DNA of 62,179 nt, filler included, from Choristocarpus tenellus KU-1152 (taxonomy: Eukaryota > Protista > Phaeophyceae): NCBI GenBank assembly GCA_964200185.2. It is 12 parts of 12 records of this genome, joined end to end, with 100 filler letters (N's around TTAATTAATTAA, not from the genome) between each part and the next. Parts side by side here need not be neighbours in the genome. Positions count along the whole stretch, not along the records: positions 8,464 to 15,341 come from CAXNAD020007157.1; positions 15,442 to 20,188 come from CAXNAD020013229.1; positions 20,289 to 24,550 come from CAXNAD020015416.1; positions 24,651 to 28,907 come from CAXNAD020015448.1; 8 more parts are not named here. One strand, 5' to 3'. The notes beneath the pieces are model-generated. The model saw only the letters and a list, made by a program, of their open reading frames with translations, did no database searches and was not told where the DNA came from. Below are positions 11,899-24,843 of the stretch, one piece after another. Position numbers and translations under genes: made by a program. How positions within the stretch are numbered: the first letter of the stretch is position 1; every line of letters starts with the position of its first letter.

Positions 11899-14147
11899 AA
11901 CTACGACTTTGATTTCGGCAACAACCAGAGCTGACGCACGAGTCAATTTGAGTTGTGAGGAAGATGAGGTTTGGCGAAGATAGTACAGCTGGAAGGCTGT
12001 TATAGAAGTCAAACATGCGTGGCGCTCATGAAGTGTGTGGGAGGGGGCGATTGTATTAGGTTGTACACAACAATCACTGTTGTGATGGCTGTCCGGTGGC
12101 ATGAGGGCAATATTATTGGAGAGGAATGATACTTGGTTTTTTGTGAGGGGTGTAACAGTTTGATGTGCCAGTGGTTTTGTGGAACCTGGGTAGCCATTAG
12201 GGTTAGGGTGGAGAAGAGAGGAGAGAAACTGAGCGTTTGCTGTTGTGGAGGTCCATAATGAAGTTTTAATTGCTTCGAGTGCAAAGTATGTACTATGATG
12301 CCCTGTTAGACATTTTTTAGCAATAGATTGGTGAAATTCATGAGTGTTGTCTGAGGTTGATTAAGGGTGTGTGTGTGTTTTGTAAGTGGACCTGACTATC
12401 AGGTGACGATCTTTCAGGGTCATGGGATATATATTAAGATAGTGCAGAATAACTCAAAAAGGAATGGAGTGAACGGACCGCCTGCTGCTACCAGAAGTGA
12501 CTGCTTTGTGTTTGGTTGGAAATGGTTGGAGACGGTAGCAGGTGGGGATAGTTTAACTACCAAGGGAAATGCTAATCATCCTCAAAGATCAGCAGAGGGT
12601 GCAATGTGCATGTTTGGAGTGTGTGCTGGCGTTCCTGTGCTTACTCCCGTGTGTGACGTGTGACTACCTTGATATTCATTTGCCCATGGCCGCGCGCGTG
12701 TATGTGTGTGTGTGTGTGTTTGTCTTTTGTACTGTGACTTACTTGTAGGGCTCTGGTGTATGGTCTGTTTCCCCTGTGTGTGTAGCAGTCACCTACTTTT
12801 TCTTAGTCGTGTGGAAAGGGGGAGGGATGGTCATTGTAAGTGAATGAGGCTTTTCTCGATGGTGACACACACACTCATGTTTGTGCAACTGTTTCCATTG
12901 TGTTCTTTGTTGCGTGTTTGTGCTGTGCATTATTTGTAGTAGTGCTCTGCTGTATGATGGAGTGTTTCCTCTGTGAGAAGCGGTGGCCTACCTTTTTGCT
13001 CTGAAAGCGTTGGAGACACTGTTAGTTATGGAGTCTCTTCTCAATGGTGGCATGCCGCTTACACATATATAGCTCTGGAAGGCGCGTGTGTGCATCTCGT
13101 ATCAGTCTTTTTCTGGGTAGTATTCCAGTCCAAGTTTTTATTATTATTATTATTTTGGACACAGGATTGGCGTGTGTTTTGGTTTGTCCTGAAGAGTGAA
13201 CCTCCCCAAGCCTCCCATGTTTCATCTGTGTTGTTTCTTTCCATATGCATGCCTGTCCCTTTCATATCTGTCTGTAACCTGGTGGGCCGTGTTATATCTC
13301 TCAGCTCTGTGTGCTAGCTCGTTATGTATGTGTGTGTAATTGGTGCTGAGGTGGACTATTGCTGATATTTTGGGGGGTTATTGCAACTTAAGAATAGGCC
13401 TGGTTGGATTTGGTGCAGAGTAGAGTGATTCTCCGCCCCCAACCCCCCTTTACTTAGTATGTATGTTCTTATATTTGACTGGCTTTTTTTTAACCTGCTG
13501 CTAGTCTGTTTTTTTGGGGGGTGCCGACACCCATGCATTCATATTAGTATGTTTTTTTCAAGTTATTGTGATAAAGAAATGTTTGTTGACTTTTCCCCCC
13601 CCCTGGATATTACATATACGGGATGAGTTATTGTTTGCTTGTGTTTTCGTACTGTAGTGACAAGACGGCTGAGCAAGGGGCACTGTCTTTCGAAGGTAGA
13701 GGAGAAAGTAAGGTCTCTCAACCAGTTGGGGTTTTTGTTGTATTGCAATCCTGTCTACAAATATTATGTCTGTATACCTTCACTGCTTCATCTTGGTGGG
13801 TCCCCCAGAGTACATTCGTATTTATGAAGCACAGCACACCTCCTGTCTGCCATATAACCAGTGGTTGTTCTGCTTTTATTCAAGGCGGTGTGAAGTTGGA
13901 CTTGTGGGTGCCGTTTTGATGATTTGGGACAGTGTGTGCTGCTGCGAAAGGTTGCTCTCTGCCATGTTGTTACAAATTGATCACCTCGGGAGGGGGTGGA
14001 CCTGTCAGAGGTTGCATGGGTATGGCAGGGAGAGGGACAGGAGAGAGGAGGGAGTTTGGCATGTGAGGGGAACTCATGTTGAAGTTGACATGTCAGGTGG
14101 AAATCTGGGTTACATGTCAACTATACCTACCTCAGCCAACTACTTCG

Positions 14148-14279
14148 GAGTCAAAGTAAACGAGAGGTACCCATATTTTGGCCGTTTTGCATTTGAAGTC
14201 AGTTTCTCACTCTTTTGCAATTCACCCATATTTTTATGGATGAAGTGCTAAGTTTGACTTGAGAGGGTTTATTTCTCTA
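14148..14279 (-). mobile_element. MITE family C, partial
   Basis: GAGTCAAAGTAAACGAGAGGTACCCA TIR followed by the reverse complement of the 3' half of 2033-2294. Confidence 0.75.
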
Positions 14280-14567
14280 ATGAACAGTGGATCGAGATAT
14301 TATGGCGGATGGATTATTTCATGGAGGATGGATTTTTTCCAAAACGGCGAGCGGAAAGTGCCCATATGTTTTTTTTTGTAAATGTTGCGGCACTTTTTAA
14401 GGGCTCCTTTTTGAATGGGAATCCATGCCGAAGGGGGTAGTAGGACATACTTAATCGATCTTGGACGTTTCCAATGTTCAGAAACCAAAAGGTCAAAAAC
14501 AAAAATGGCACCCTCAAATTTTTTGAGATACAAAAATATGAAATTGTTGGACATTTGTATTCTTAAA

Positions 14568-14680
14568 GAGTGAAACTATCTTAGAGGGTACACGATGATA
14601 GTCAAAATTACATCAAAATCACAACATTGTATTTTGACCCCCAAATGGACGCGGCTCTACCCTCTAAAAATACTAGAGAC
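14568..14680 (-). mobile_element. MITE family A, internal-deletion derivative
   Basis: GAGTGAAACTATCTTAGAGGGTA joined after about 60 bp to CCCCAAATGGACGCGGCTCTACCCTCTAA. Confidence 0.7.
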
Positions 14681-17316
14681 GACAAAAAGCGGTTCTTGAG
14701 TTTCGGTGATTTCTCTTTCTGTTGACAATTGTGTTATATGGAAAAAGGAATATCGAACAGCATATGGTTACATATTGAAAGGAGATAGAATAAATTTTTT
14801 TTGTGACCTTCTCGTTTCGTACGTTTGAAACGTATTGGATCAATGAAGGATGTGGCTTGTATTTTTAGTTGTTAATGTAAGGATTAGAATATCATTATTA
14901 TTTTGAAGAAACAAATTAAACCATATGGACTACCAGCCTATATTGCACAGTATCCGTACCTACAAATTTTTAAAATACAAAGTGAGAGTTTATGAAGTAA
15001 TCTGAGTTTTGTGGGCGGAAGAATTCTGGTTGGGTGGGGGCACAGGACAAGCGTGGGTAGGGGAAAGAAAAAGAAGGAAGCAGGAAGAGAATGAATAGTT
15101 AAGGAAGGGATAAATGGTTAATGGAAATGAGTGGTAGATAAAGGGGAAGGACAGCAGCCAGTCAGTGATAAGAGGAAAGAAAACCAGGGTTACAAGACGA
15201 GGAGGGGAGACCAAGGCAACCTCCGAGCAAGCTTCTCCCACCCACCCACCCTGTCGCTTGCTCACGAACGACGGAAACGCTGGGAAAGGGGGCGTAAGGG
15301 GAGGTCAAGTTACGGTGGGGTAGATGTCTTCTAGCTCAAAGNNNNNNNNNNNNNNNNNNNNNNNNNNNNNNNNNNNNNNNNNNNNTTAATTAATTAANNN
15401 NNNNNNNNNNNNNNNNNNNNNNNNNNNNNNNNNNNNNNNNNCCACCACGGGCCCTAGTTGCCTTGCAGAGGAAGGTCAGTATCCTCCCTCCCTCCCTCCT
15501 TACACACCTGAGGCAGAGTGAGCCGCACACATGCAGCACTGTCTTTTGTGTTTCATTTCAAGTACTTCGAATCCTCTCTGGTCAAGCACCGGGATACCCC
15601 TGAGGGAGCAATGTATTGTATTGTATTGTATTGTATTGTATTGCTTTTCCGAAAGTCTCTGTTCTTTAAGCAATCCTCCTCTAATCCCCTCCCCCTACGA
15701 CCCCTGTTCAACCTCAGCTTCGACAACACCTCCCTTGTTTCAAGTGTCAGCACTGGAGCAAGAGACAGAGATGGCACTAGTGCACCTTGAGGAACTCTGG
15801 GAGAGTCTAATTAAAACCGTGGGCTTCCTTGTTCCTCTCCTGAAAGAGGTGCACCCACACACTCCTTGCCTTCCCCTCAGCCACACTCGCACCCCTGGCT
15901 TCCTATTGGACGCCGCTCATCCCCACCTACCAGCACTACAACGACCCGAAACTAACCTGATCCAGTTCCTATGGCTTTCAGCGTTGTGAGAGTGTGACGT
16001 ACTGTTTCAGTTGTCAGCTGTTTTGTGTGCCTCTTGCGTTCTTGTCCACATGCAATACACAAAAGGTGTTGCATTTTCGAAATAGTACTATTTCATAAAG
16101 AGTAGTACATGGGAGCACTTCAGCGCTCTCCTATATGCACAATTGCCCCACAAAATACCGTATGGATTTATGATACATATTGAACACTTTTGGGGGCGGG
16201 GTTCGGGCAGTGATGTCTCTTGACCATGTGTGAAAGATAGGAGGAGGGGTTTGGTTTTGCCTACCTAATTCCACCTCTCAAATATTGCACTTCTTGTAGT
16301 GAGCGTTCAACTCCTTGAGTTAGGGTTATAGGGTTCAGGGGTGGAAGAGATGGTGAAGTTCTTGCGCTTTGAATTGACTGTGGAACATTACATCACAAGG
16401 CAGCGTCTCGGATCCTTGACAATATCTCAGGGATTGATCCCATGCTTAACAGAGGAACTGGGATAAGTTATTGGCATAGACGAATGACTAAAGCTGACAT
16501 CTTGGAGATAAGGATCGATTTGGGGCTCGACCGCAGTGTGTTGAATTGCATACTTGACTCGCTACTGCGAAGGCGTTTTGCATCCATGAATGAATCACAC
16601 AATGTCTTGCACAACAATTTAGGTGCGTACTGAGCATCCAAGTATGTAAGTAAGGTTTTGTCAAGGGAGACTCTCGGCAGACTAGACTTGTGCAGACAGC
16701 GGCAATGCAATGGTGCTGTGATGTTAGAGTGTCTAAACAGTAGTTGAAGACATGTGCAGTATGAGCGGGTAGGGTGTTGTCGGTGATTTTTTCTCGACGT
16801 AAGATTCATGAGCAGCGCCATTCGATTATATTTTAGGCTGAAGAGATCCCTCTGCCTTAGAAACAAGTGTGCATCCCCCCACCTACCCATTCTCCACCCA
16901 CCACCCCAATCCCACCTGATATTGCACGCTGGATCGTGACCCCTTTTGTGTAACTCTCTGTACCCGTATGTATTATGCTGCTATCAGATGGTTCAATCTC
17001 GCAGTGCTCTGCATGTTGAAGAACTCCTACTTGAGGTAGACTTTAACAGCTACTTTGGGAGAGGGAGTGCAGTTCATCTGTTTCGGAGCAATGGAGAGGG
17101 TATCCGGCAAAGAGAATGGATGGGGTAGGGGAGGGGGGGGCGACATCGTTTTTGTTCCATTTTGTGTGATTTTATGGATCAAAACAAGTGACGATATTTA
17201 CGTTGGGTAGGGTGAAGTGTATAAACAAAAAAATGATGTAAAATTTTCGAACAGGTGTGGTTTGGGGTTCAATTCTTTGCACTCACTTGAACCTAATGAC
17301 TCTCCCCCACAACTTT

Positions 17317-17350
<34 letters not shown>

Positions 17351-17685
17351 GTTGCTTTCTGGCGACAGTGTATTGAGCACCCAGGGCTTGCCATTTTGAT
17401 TGGCAACCTCGACACAGAAAAACACAGGTGTTTACGATTGATTCAAAGAGGTAGAAGAAACGATTGTAAGATGTGTTTCTCACAAGGCTGTGGAGAAGCA
17501 CAGGAGGGAGGGGTGGTGCAGCTCGAATGAGACACACATTCTTTTTTTTCTTATTTCTTAGACACACATTCCAACTTCTTGCGATCAAGAGGCGATTCTT
17601 TTTTTTCTTCCAACCCTTGTTCTTGTGTGAACCTCGTTATGTGTGATGGCTGTCCTTGTTGGTGAGTTTGTTTTCTGTAGTTATT

Positions 17686-17943
17686 GAGTCCAAGAGAAAA
17701 ATAGGTGAGTACAGTTGCATTTTAAGGATGTCCGTAAATATGTTCAAAATTCGACTTTTTCACAAATAATGCGTGTTGGATATTTTCCGAATTGAGTCGA
17801 AAATGTTCAAACCAGTAGAAAAACCCTCCCAATATAAAATAACACTTCATCCATGGAAGTATGGATGAATTACAAGATGTAGAAAAACTGGCTTAAAATG
17901 CAAACGGCTAAGAACTGTGCACCTCTCGTTTATACATTGAATC
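17686..17943 (+). mobile_element. MITE family C, diverged copy
   Basis: Colinear similarity to 2033-2294 (GTTGCATTTT..CAAAATTCGACTTT..CTTAAAATGCAAA..ACCTCTCGTTTA). Confidence 0.65.
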
Positions 17944-18162
17944 AGTTAGATGTATTAGTATTTGTGTCATACGCAAAAAAAAATGTTTTAAGGTCAAGTC
18001 TTGCCACCCTGTGAACTCGAAAGGAATACTTCAAGACGAGAGAGAACGATTGCCACATAACTGTCTCACTAAGACCTACAAAATGTAGCAGATGCATCTA
18101 CACAACTCGGCCCATATTTTGCTTGTGACATAGAGGATTATTACTCACAATTTGCTGCTGCT

Positions 18163-18344
18163 GGCTCTTATCTGGACGAGAGGGGGGGTCTACACCAGTG
18201 CGTCAATTGGGCCCTGACCAGGAAAAGTCCACTTACATTATTATCTATCTAATGCATGGAACCAAATCACCCAAAAATCGCGACATGAAAAAATGGGCCC
18301 CAAATGGACAGCCATCGCCCCCCCCCCCCTATATACTTTGAGCC
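18163..18344 (+). mobile_element. MITE family B (~182 bp)
   Basis: Ends in ATACTTTGAGCC; internal GGGGTCTACACCAG...CCCAAATGGACAGCC; TGCT on both flanks. Confidence 0.75.
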
Positions 18345-19717
18345 TGCTAAACTGCTGCTTTGCGGACATACACATATATATGGAATCGTCCGAAAGCTTG
18401 GGCATTCTCCACAAAATTTTACCCAGGAAGTATGTTTCTGGTGTTGCAGGGATACATGACGGGAAGGTTCACGTATGGATACGAATTCCGCATCTTGACC
18501 AAACATTTCCCTCTATCCCACAATCTTCCCTTGTTATCTCCTTGCTTGCCCCTATCTACAATACTAGCCATCATGCCTGTCTCTCGTTCAATCTTACTGA
18601 ATAGAGCTCATGTTACAAGCATATGCGTGCATACACAGCCATTACCCTTGCGTATGTGTGTGTGTGAATGTGAGTTAACTGCCGAAAATGGCCATATATA
18701 CATTGTGATGAATTCTGTTCGCCTATCCTAACTGATCAAGCAGCCCTTGGTATCAGCATATTTTCTTCTGTCTATATACTGCTACACCCTCCCCCCCAAG
18801 GTGATGCATCAATGCTGTTGCATGTACACAGTGGGTAATCCTATCTCTTATCCATTCCTTGAGGCTAATGCAGTTAGTTGGGGTCGGCCAAGCTTTGTCC
18901 ACCAAATTCCCCTCACCCAGCAGGGGGTGTTTTGGCTTGGGCTTTTTGTAGAACATTTCGAAAAATTAATTCCTTGCTTGCCTTTGTTGGAACCTCTTAC
19001 GTAATATAATATGCCTTCCCTGAGCTCCCAGGTATTTTCCTGCCCTGACCATCCCTCCTCATTAATCCACAATATTACCCCAGTCCACATTCCCCTCTAA
19101 CGACTCTCCTAAACCTGTAGATTGTATCACTGGTTGTTCTCATGCCAGCAGTGCCTGAGCAACTGAGCCTACTGTGGAAGAGGAGGCTGCAGCAGCACGT
19201 GCAGCTGCTGAGATGGCAGTTCATTATTCAGTTCCAGCTATGCTGTCAGTTGCAACTGTGTTGGCTTCTGATGAAGGTGCTTGGCGAGAGGGCCCAAGAC
19301 TGTCAGGGCCTGAGGCAGTAGAGGTGGCAAAGGCAGCAGGAACCTAACCCTGTCAGTGGGAGAGATACACGTTCTATAGAGAGCACTTGCACCAACACTT
19401 GCAACCAATGTTCTCAAACTGCTGGGAGCTGCTCATGGACACTCTGCTACAGGCAAAGAGAGCTCTTCTTCGACACACCGGCTAAAAGGTTTGTGAGACC
19501 AAGACAGGAACAATAAATTAGGTAGAGACCAATCAGAGCGAGAGGGATCAAGAAGGACCCTCCTACAACAACGGTTGGGAAAGGGCATAACGCCTTGGCT
19601 ATTCTTAAGTTAAACGTTAATCCAGGAACTTGCCGCTGGTATTTCAAGAATCAGGTCTACAGAAACAATTCAACTCAGATTCCACATGTGCGGACCAGCA
19701 CAGGTGGTCCAAGTGGA

Positions 19718-19903
19718 GACCAAAGGTATCTGGGGGGAGGGGGGGGGGGGGGGTCTACACCAGGGTGTCCATTTGGGCCATTACCAGGAAAAGTGCACTT
19801 ACACTATAAATCTGACGTCTGCAACTAAATCACACAAAAATCACGACATGAAAAAATTTACCCCAAATGGACAGCCGCCACCCTCTCCCAGATACTTTGA
19901 GCC
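19718..19903 (+). mobile_element. MITE family B
   Basis: GACCAAAGGTATCTGGGG...CCCAGATACTTTGAGCC; GGA on both flanks. Confidence 0.8.
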
Positions 19904-19966
19904 GGAGCAGAAAACCAAGCCGGACCATGCATAGAGCTCTGGTGGGCTGGAGTATATGGACCATTA

Positions 19967-20188
19967 GAGTGACAGTATCTTAGAGGGTACGACTTTTGCC
20001 CTGTTTGTCCATTTGGTACTTGACTTCCCTTGGGGTTTTTGCGACATTTTTTACTCCAAATTATTTCGGAATAGGTAAAATGTACATGTTATGCGAAAGT
20101 GGGTCTGGAACAAGGATATTGACACTTCGTAACAAACACAACAGCCAAAATTACATAAGAGTCGCAACTTGGATTTTGATCCCCAAAT
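19967..20188 (-). mobile_element. MITE family A, truncated by contig end
   Basis: GAGTGACAGTATCTTAGAGGGTACGACTTTTGCCCTGTTTGTCCATTTGG matches the reverse complement of the family A 3' end. Confidence 0.8.
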
Positions 20189-20561
20189 NNNNNNNNNNNN
20201 NNNNNNNNNNNNNNNNNNNNNNNNNNNNNNNNTTAATTAATTAANNNNNNNNNNNNNNNNNNNNNNNNNNNNNNNNNNNNNNNNNNNNCGATCGTTTCTT
20301 GCGTGATCTTGTCCGACGCTGCGCGCCTGAGTTCAATGGTGTCCAGTACATGCGGCTCGTGGCCCTGCGCCAACCCCAACGTACCCATTCTCATTTTTAA
20401 TTTTTTCGCCTCCTGGCGCAGTCGCGGGGCCTCCGCCATCATATCTACCTGCCCAGATAAGAGCGCCGAAAGGTCAATGAAAAAGCTCTCTCGCTTTTTG
20501 AAGAATTGCGGGATGCAAAGCTTCCATCCAATCGAGCTACCCTCCAGATGCTAGGACGGTT

Positions 20562-20708
20562 CCAAAACTCGCGTGAATATCTCTCGCCAAATCGCCCGAA
20601 TACGAGAATTCCGGTACAAAAGTCTATTTTTTGAGCATGTCGAAAAAAGTGGTACAAAAATGCATATTTTTTCGATTTGGTTCATAATATTTGGCATATA
20701 ATCGGGGT
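20562..20708 (-). repeat. Dispersed repeat (probable DNA-transposon terminal region), family D
   Basis: The reverse complement matches 48026-48190 (CCAAAYATTATGAACCAAATCGAAAAA..TGTACC..GACATGCT..TAGACTTTTGTACCGGAAT..ATATTCACGCGAGTTT). Confidence 0.65.
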
Positions 20709-21152
20709 AGGTACTGTATTACTACAATTTAGTTCAATAATCACTACTCTCTTTAATGAACAACACAACATACTATTTATTAGTGGTTGTACTCGATATT
20801 TCTACTTGATATATATTATGAAGAAGATACAACAATATAGAATTTTATCTGTTGATATTTTCATGTGGTGTTGAAAATTAAAACGTTAATTTGAATATTT
20901 AACGTAGCAACCTACGTTGTAGTGATAGAAATTGTACTCCCCTTGCTCACTTAGAACACGACCTTAGACTCTATCTGTAGAAGGAGAGCATCTAGGTCAG
21001 GTCAAATTCAACTCTGAACTACAGACAGTAGTAATCCTTTCAATCGGTTGCATTATAACGTTAGTGAAACTCTCTGGGGCAATCAAGGACCGAAAGCAAA
21101 TACAAGTTTTTAGGAGGTTTCAAAGTTGGGAAGAGACCTCTGAAGTCGAACC

Positions 21153-24095
21153 ATGATGTCGAACCCGACGGATGTCGGGTCGGCGGTAGGGGCGCCTACG
21201 GAATCCCCTCTTGCCCCTGCTATTCTTCGTGGTCTTGGCGATCGATCTTATGATAAGCGCAAGAACGCCGCATTGGAAATCGAGGCTCTCATCAAGACGC
21301 TAGAGGACCACAATGAGACGGACCGCATTTGTGCCATAATTGCGTTGCTGGGACAGGACTTTGCCACGTCAAATAATGCCAACCATAGGAAGGGGGGACT
21401 CATTGGGCTTGCTGCAACTGCGATAGGGCTTATGCAGGTGCGGCAAAACCGATCATATAGAATGATGTTGGCATCCGTATCACCTTGAACTTCTTGCTAG
21501 GGCTTGCTGGACAGGGTACGCTGTCATTGGAGGGATTGGCAGGTGCCCGTACCGCTACTGCTAGCTCTACGCGAGAAGTCAACGAAGGGTTCCTCTCCTC
21601 TATTGGAAAGTCATCTTTTACTCTTACTCACGGGATCATCTGCCCATTGTGGTACCCTCTCCCATCTTTGCCCTTCGCCAGGCAACCAAGCTTTACCTGG
21701 ATGCCCTACTCCCACCAGTCCTTCACTGTTTGGATGACCCTGAAAGTCGAGTGCGGTACTATGCTTGTGAATCGCTCTACAATATTGCAAAGGTGATGTA
21801 CAACCCCCTCGCATACACTTCAACTTCTTGTTAGACTCCTCTGACACCACGATGCAGCACCATGTGATAATATTGTGTGCTTGAGGGAGGACCTGTGCTA
21901 TCCTACATGTGTGGCAATAAGGGCAAGAGTTCTGTTAAAGACAGCTCAGAATGATCTTTGCTGCTATTTTCTTTGGTCTGATGAAAGAAAACAGCATAAT
22001 ATGGGATCGGTATTCCACTAATTTTGCTCTTATTGTACCACCACCAAAAAGTCTTGTTTCTTCCTGGTACGACCATCAACTCATCAGTATATCTACCATA
22101 TCTTGCCACCAATTGGCAAATGATATCCACAGTGGGAATTGATGGATCAAGATTCAAACCTGATGCCTTTTTGGCACCTCTTTCAAATTGCCACAGAGGA
22201 GGGTTGTGTATAATTCCCGCATTGTACGAGACACCAAATTTCTTCCAGTGCATCTCACGTGTATCAGTCAAAATGCAACAGAGCCACATTAAGTGTTTGC
22301 GGGGACTTCAACATTTGATGGCACTCTTTCTCTACCCCACCTGCAATGCTCTGCAATGCTCTACAGTCACACCTTTTAATGACACATATCAGAATGATAG
22401 CACCCTGTATAGTAGCTTGTGCTAGTGTGCCCTATGTTGCAATTGTACTACCAAGCAAATGCCTTTTTGGTTGATAATGCCTTTTCTCAAGATGGCACAC
22501 CCCTAGATGACACCTCTAAGTCTTTGAGTTAGCACCCTAATTATGGTGATTTGGACACCACAACAGGTGTACCATGTATCGCATACCAGTCTCCCGTTTA
22601 TTTTTTTTCCTGTTGTGCTCTGTACCGGAAAGGTAACCAAAAGGGTCTCAGTCACCACAGTCCATATTTTATCCTTCGGGCTAGGGTTAGGGTTAGGATT
22701 AGGGTTAGGTCGCTCTGTTCACAATGAAGACACAACCAAGGAAGTCACACATAAATTTCCCCATCAGTACCAAGCACAAATGCTCCCGTCCTTTGAAATG
22801 TGCAATACTATTGTCCACACCTTGGAAGGTCTCCATCATATACACAGTAGTATCGATGCCTTTGTGCACGATTCAGGACGGTTTGACTCCCCCGCTGCTG
22901 TTTTACCTGTCCCTCCCTGGGTGCAAAGGTTGCTAGGGGAGACATCCTTGCTTACTTCAACCAGATTTTTGATGGCCTATGTAAACTATTTGCAGACGTG
23001 GATGTGGATGTGAAGAACGGGTCCAACCTTCTCGACCGCCTGATCAAGGTGCGACGATGTGTATGCATCTGTATGTGTGTTGCTGCTCGATTTTCCCATT
23101 AAGCCAACATTCTTAAGACTTTGTCACCCTGTCCTTGTCCTGAGGTTACAATCCTCCCCCCTGCCAATGGCATACTGACTTTTCCTGATTTTTTGTAATC
23201 CCAGAAGGAGATGCATGCACAAGCTTCGCGGTTGATTTCTTCCCCTTGGGTTTTGCTAAAAAAAGTTGTTATTGTTGACAAGATTGGTCGGGATGGTCAT
23301 GAGGGGGTGTTTGAGGGCGATATCATTCTATAGGATCAAATGTTCGTGTGCACCCTTCTGCTGTTTTAAATGCTGTACTTTAACTACATTAACTACGCCT
23401 CAATGTTTTTTTTGTATTTTTATTTGTTATTATTATTATTACTGTTGTGATGATCACCATCACCCCGCCATCGATCTGTCTCTTGAATTGCTAACCCCTT
23501 TTCAAAGCTCATGCCCCTACACTATTACAGGCAAACCAGCCCACAGCCGCGAAAAATCCAGGCGCGCTGAAGTGTGTGTTGATAGTCGTGTTTATTAATT
23601 CACCCGGATGACCACTAGTGGATAGTAGCTGTTCACTGTAAGCCGATAAGAGGCTTGGATTGGATTGAATGTACTTTCCTTGATGGGGGTTCTATCTCCT
23701 GGCACAGTGCTTCTCCAGTGTCGATGTTTAGTGATTCTTAAAAAATTTAATGCTAGGTGCATGCTCTCTAGTGTCTGACTTTAACCTGTTGTAGCATCCG
23801 CATGAATCCTTTTGCACTCATGTAACTAACTACTGACTGCTGTTGACTCAACACTTTTGCCTGTTTTTCAATGGTACCGAGACTCTGCATGCAGTTGTTT
23901 CCCCGTATATGGGATGTTTAGAGCACCACAGAGCACCACAGAGTACCACAGAATGGTACATGTAAACAATCCTTCCTGACTTTAACTCCACCTCCGTCCC
24001 TGAACTTGTTCTGCCCTGTGGGCTTTGTACTTTCAACTTCAGTCTGTAGTAGTATTGAGTGACGCTATGTGTGCATGGATAAACAAACAAACAAA

Positions 24096-24176
<81 letters not shown>

Positions 24177-24550
24177 TTACACACTTACTTCTAAATAAGC
24201 TCCGTGTGTCCTTGTTGCCTTTCAGGCTTAGCCCCAACTTCAGCCTAGGCGCTCGAGTCTCCCCATCCCCCCTGATCGCTCGAGTCTCCCTCTACCCGCC
24301 TGGCCTGACCAATTGAATCACAACTGATCGCCCCATTTGGCAATTTTTATTGAAATTGGGGACTGAGAGTTCTCTTGTGTTGTACCCCCTGATCATCACA
24401 GTGTTAGGTGAACATTGACTTGTACTGACGCGTGTAACAATTGAATATATGCTCTTTGGGTCTGTGCTGGGGGTGGTATGGCGGTGGTGGTGGTGGTGGT
24501 GGTGGTGGTGGGGGTGTGTGTGTGTTTACAGGACATTGTGACTGAGAGTG
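21153..24550 (+). CDS. VAC14: VAC14 (scaffold of the PIKfyve/Fab1 complex), 3'-partial, first 4 exons
   Basis: Exons 21153-21437, 21682-21792, 22929-23048 and 24532-24550+ are GT-AG, phase 0. Translation: ..[40 protein letters not shown]|[37 protein letters not shown]|[40 protein letters not shown]|DIVTES. These are the diagnostic VAC14 N-terminal HEAT repeats. Confidence 0.96.
24099..24174. repeat. (CA)n microsatellite in VAC14 intron
   Basis: About 37 perfect CA units. Confidence 0.95.
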
Positions 24551-24663
24551 NNNNNNNNNNNNNNNNNNNNNNNNNNNNNNNNNNNNNNNNNNNNTTAATT
24601 AATTAANNNNNNNNNNNNNNNNNNNNNNNNNNNNNNNNNNNNNNNNNNNNGGGTCAGATTTCA

Positions 24664-24843
24664 GACCCAAAGTATCTGGGAGGGGGGGGGGGGTCTACAC
24701 TAGGGTGTCCATATGGACCAAAATCAGGAAAAATGCATTTTCAGTATCCATCCGACGTATGCAACCAAATCACCCAAGAATCGTGACATGAAAAAATTGA
24801 CCCCAATTGAACAGCCGCTACCCCCTCCCAGATACTTTGAGCC
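24664..24843 (+). mobile_element. MITE family B
   Basis: GACCCAAAGTATCTGGGAGGGG...CCCCTCCCAGATACTTTGAGCC; TCA on both flanks. Confidence 0.85.
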
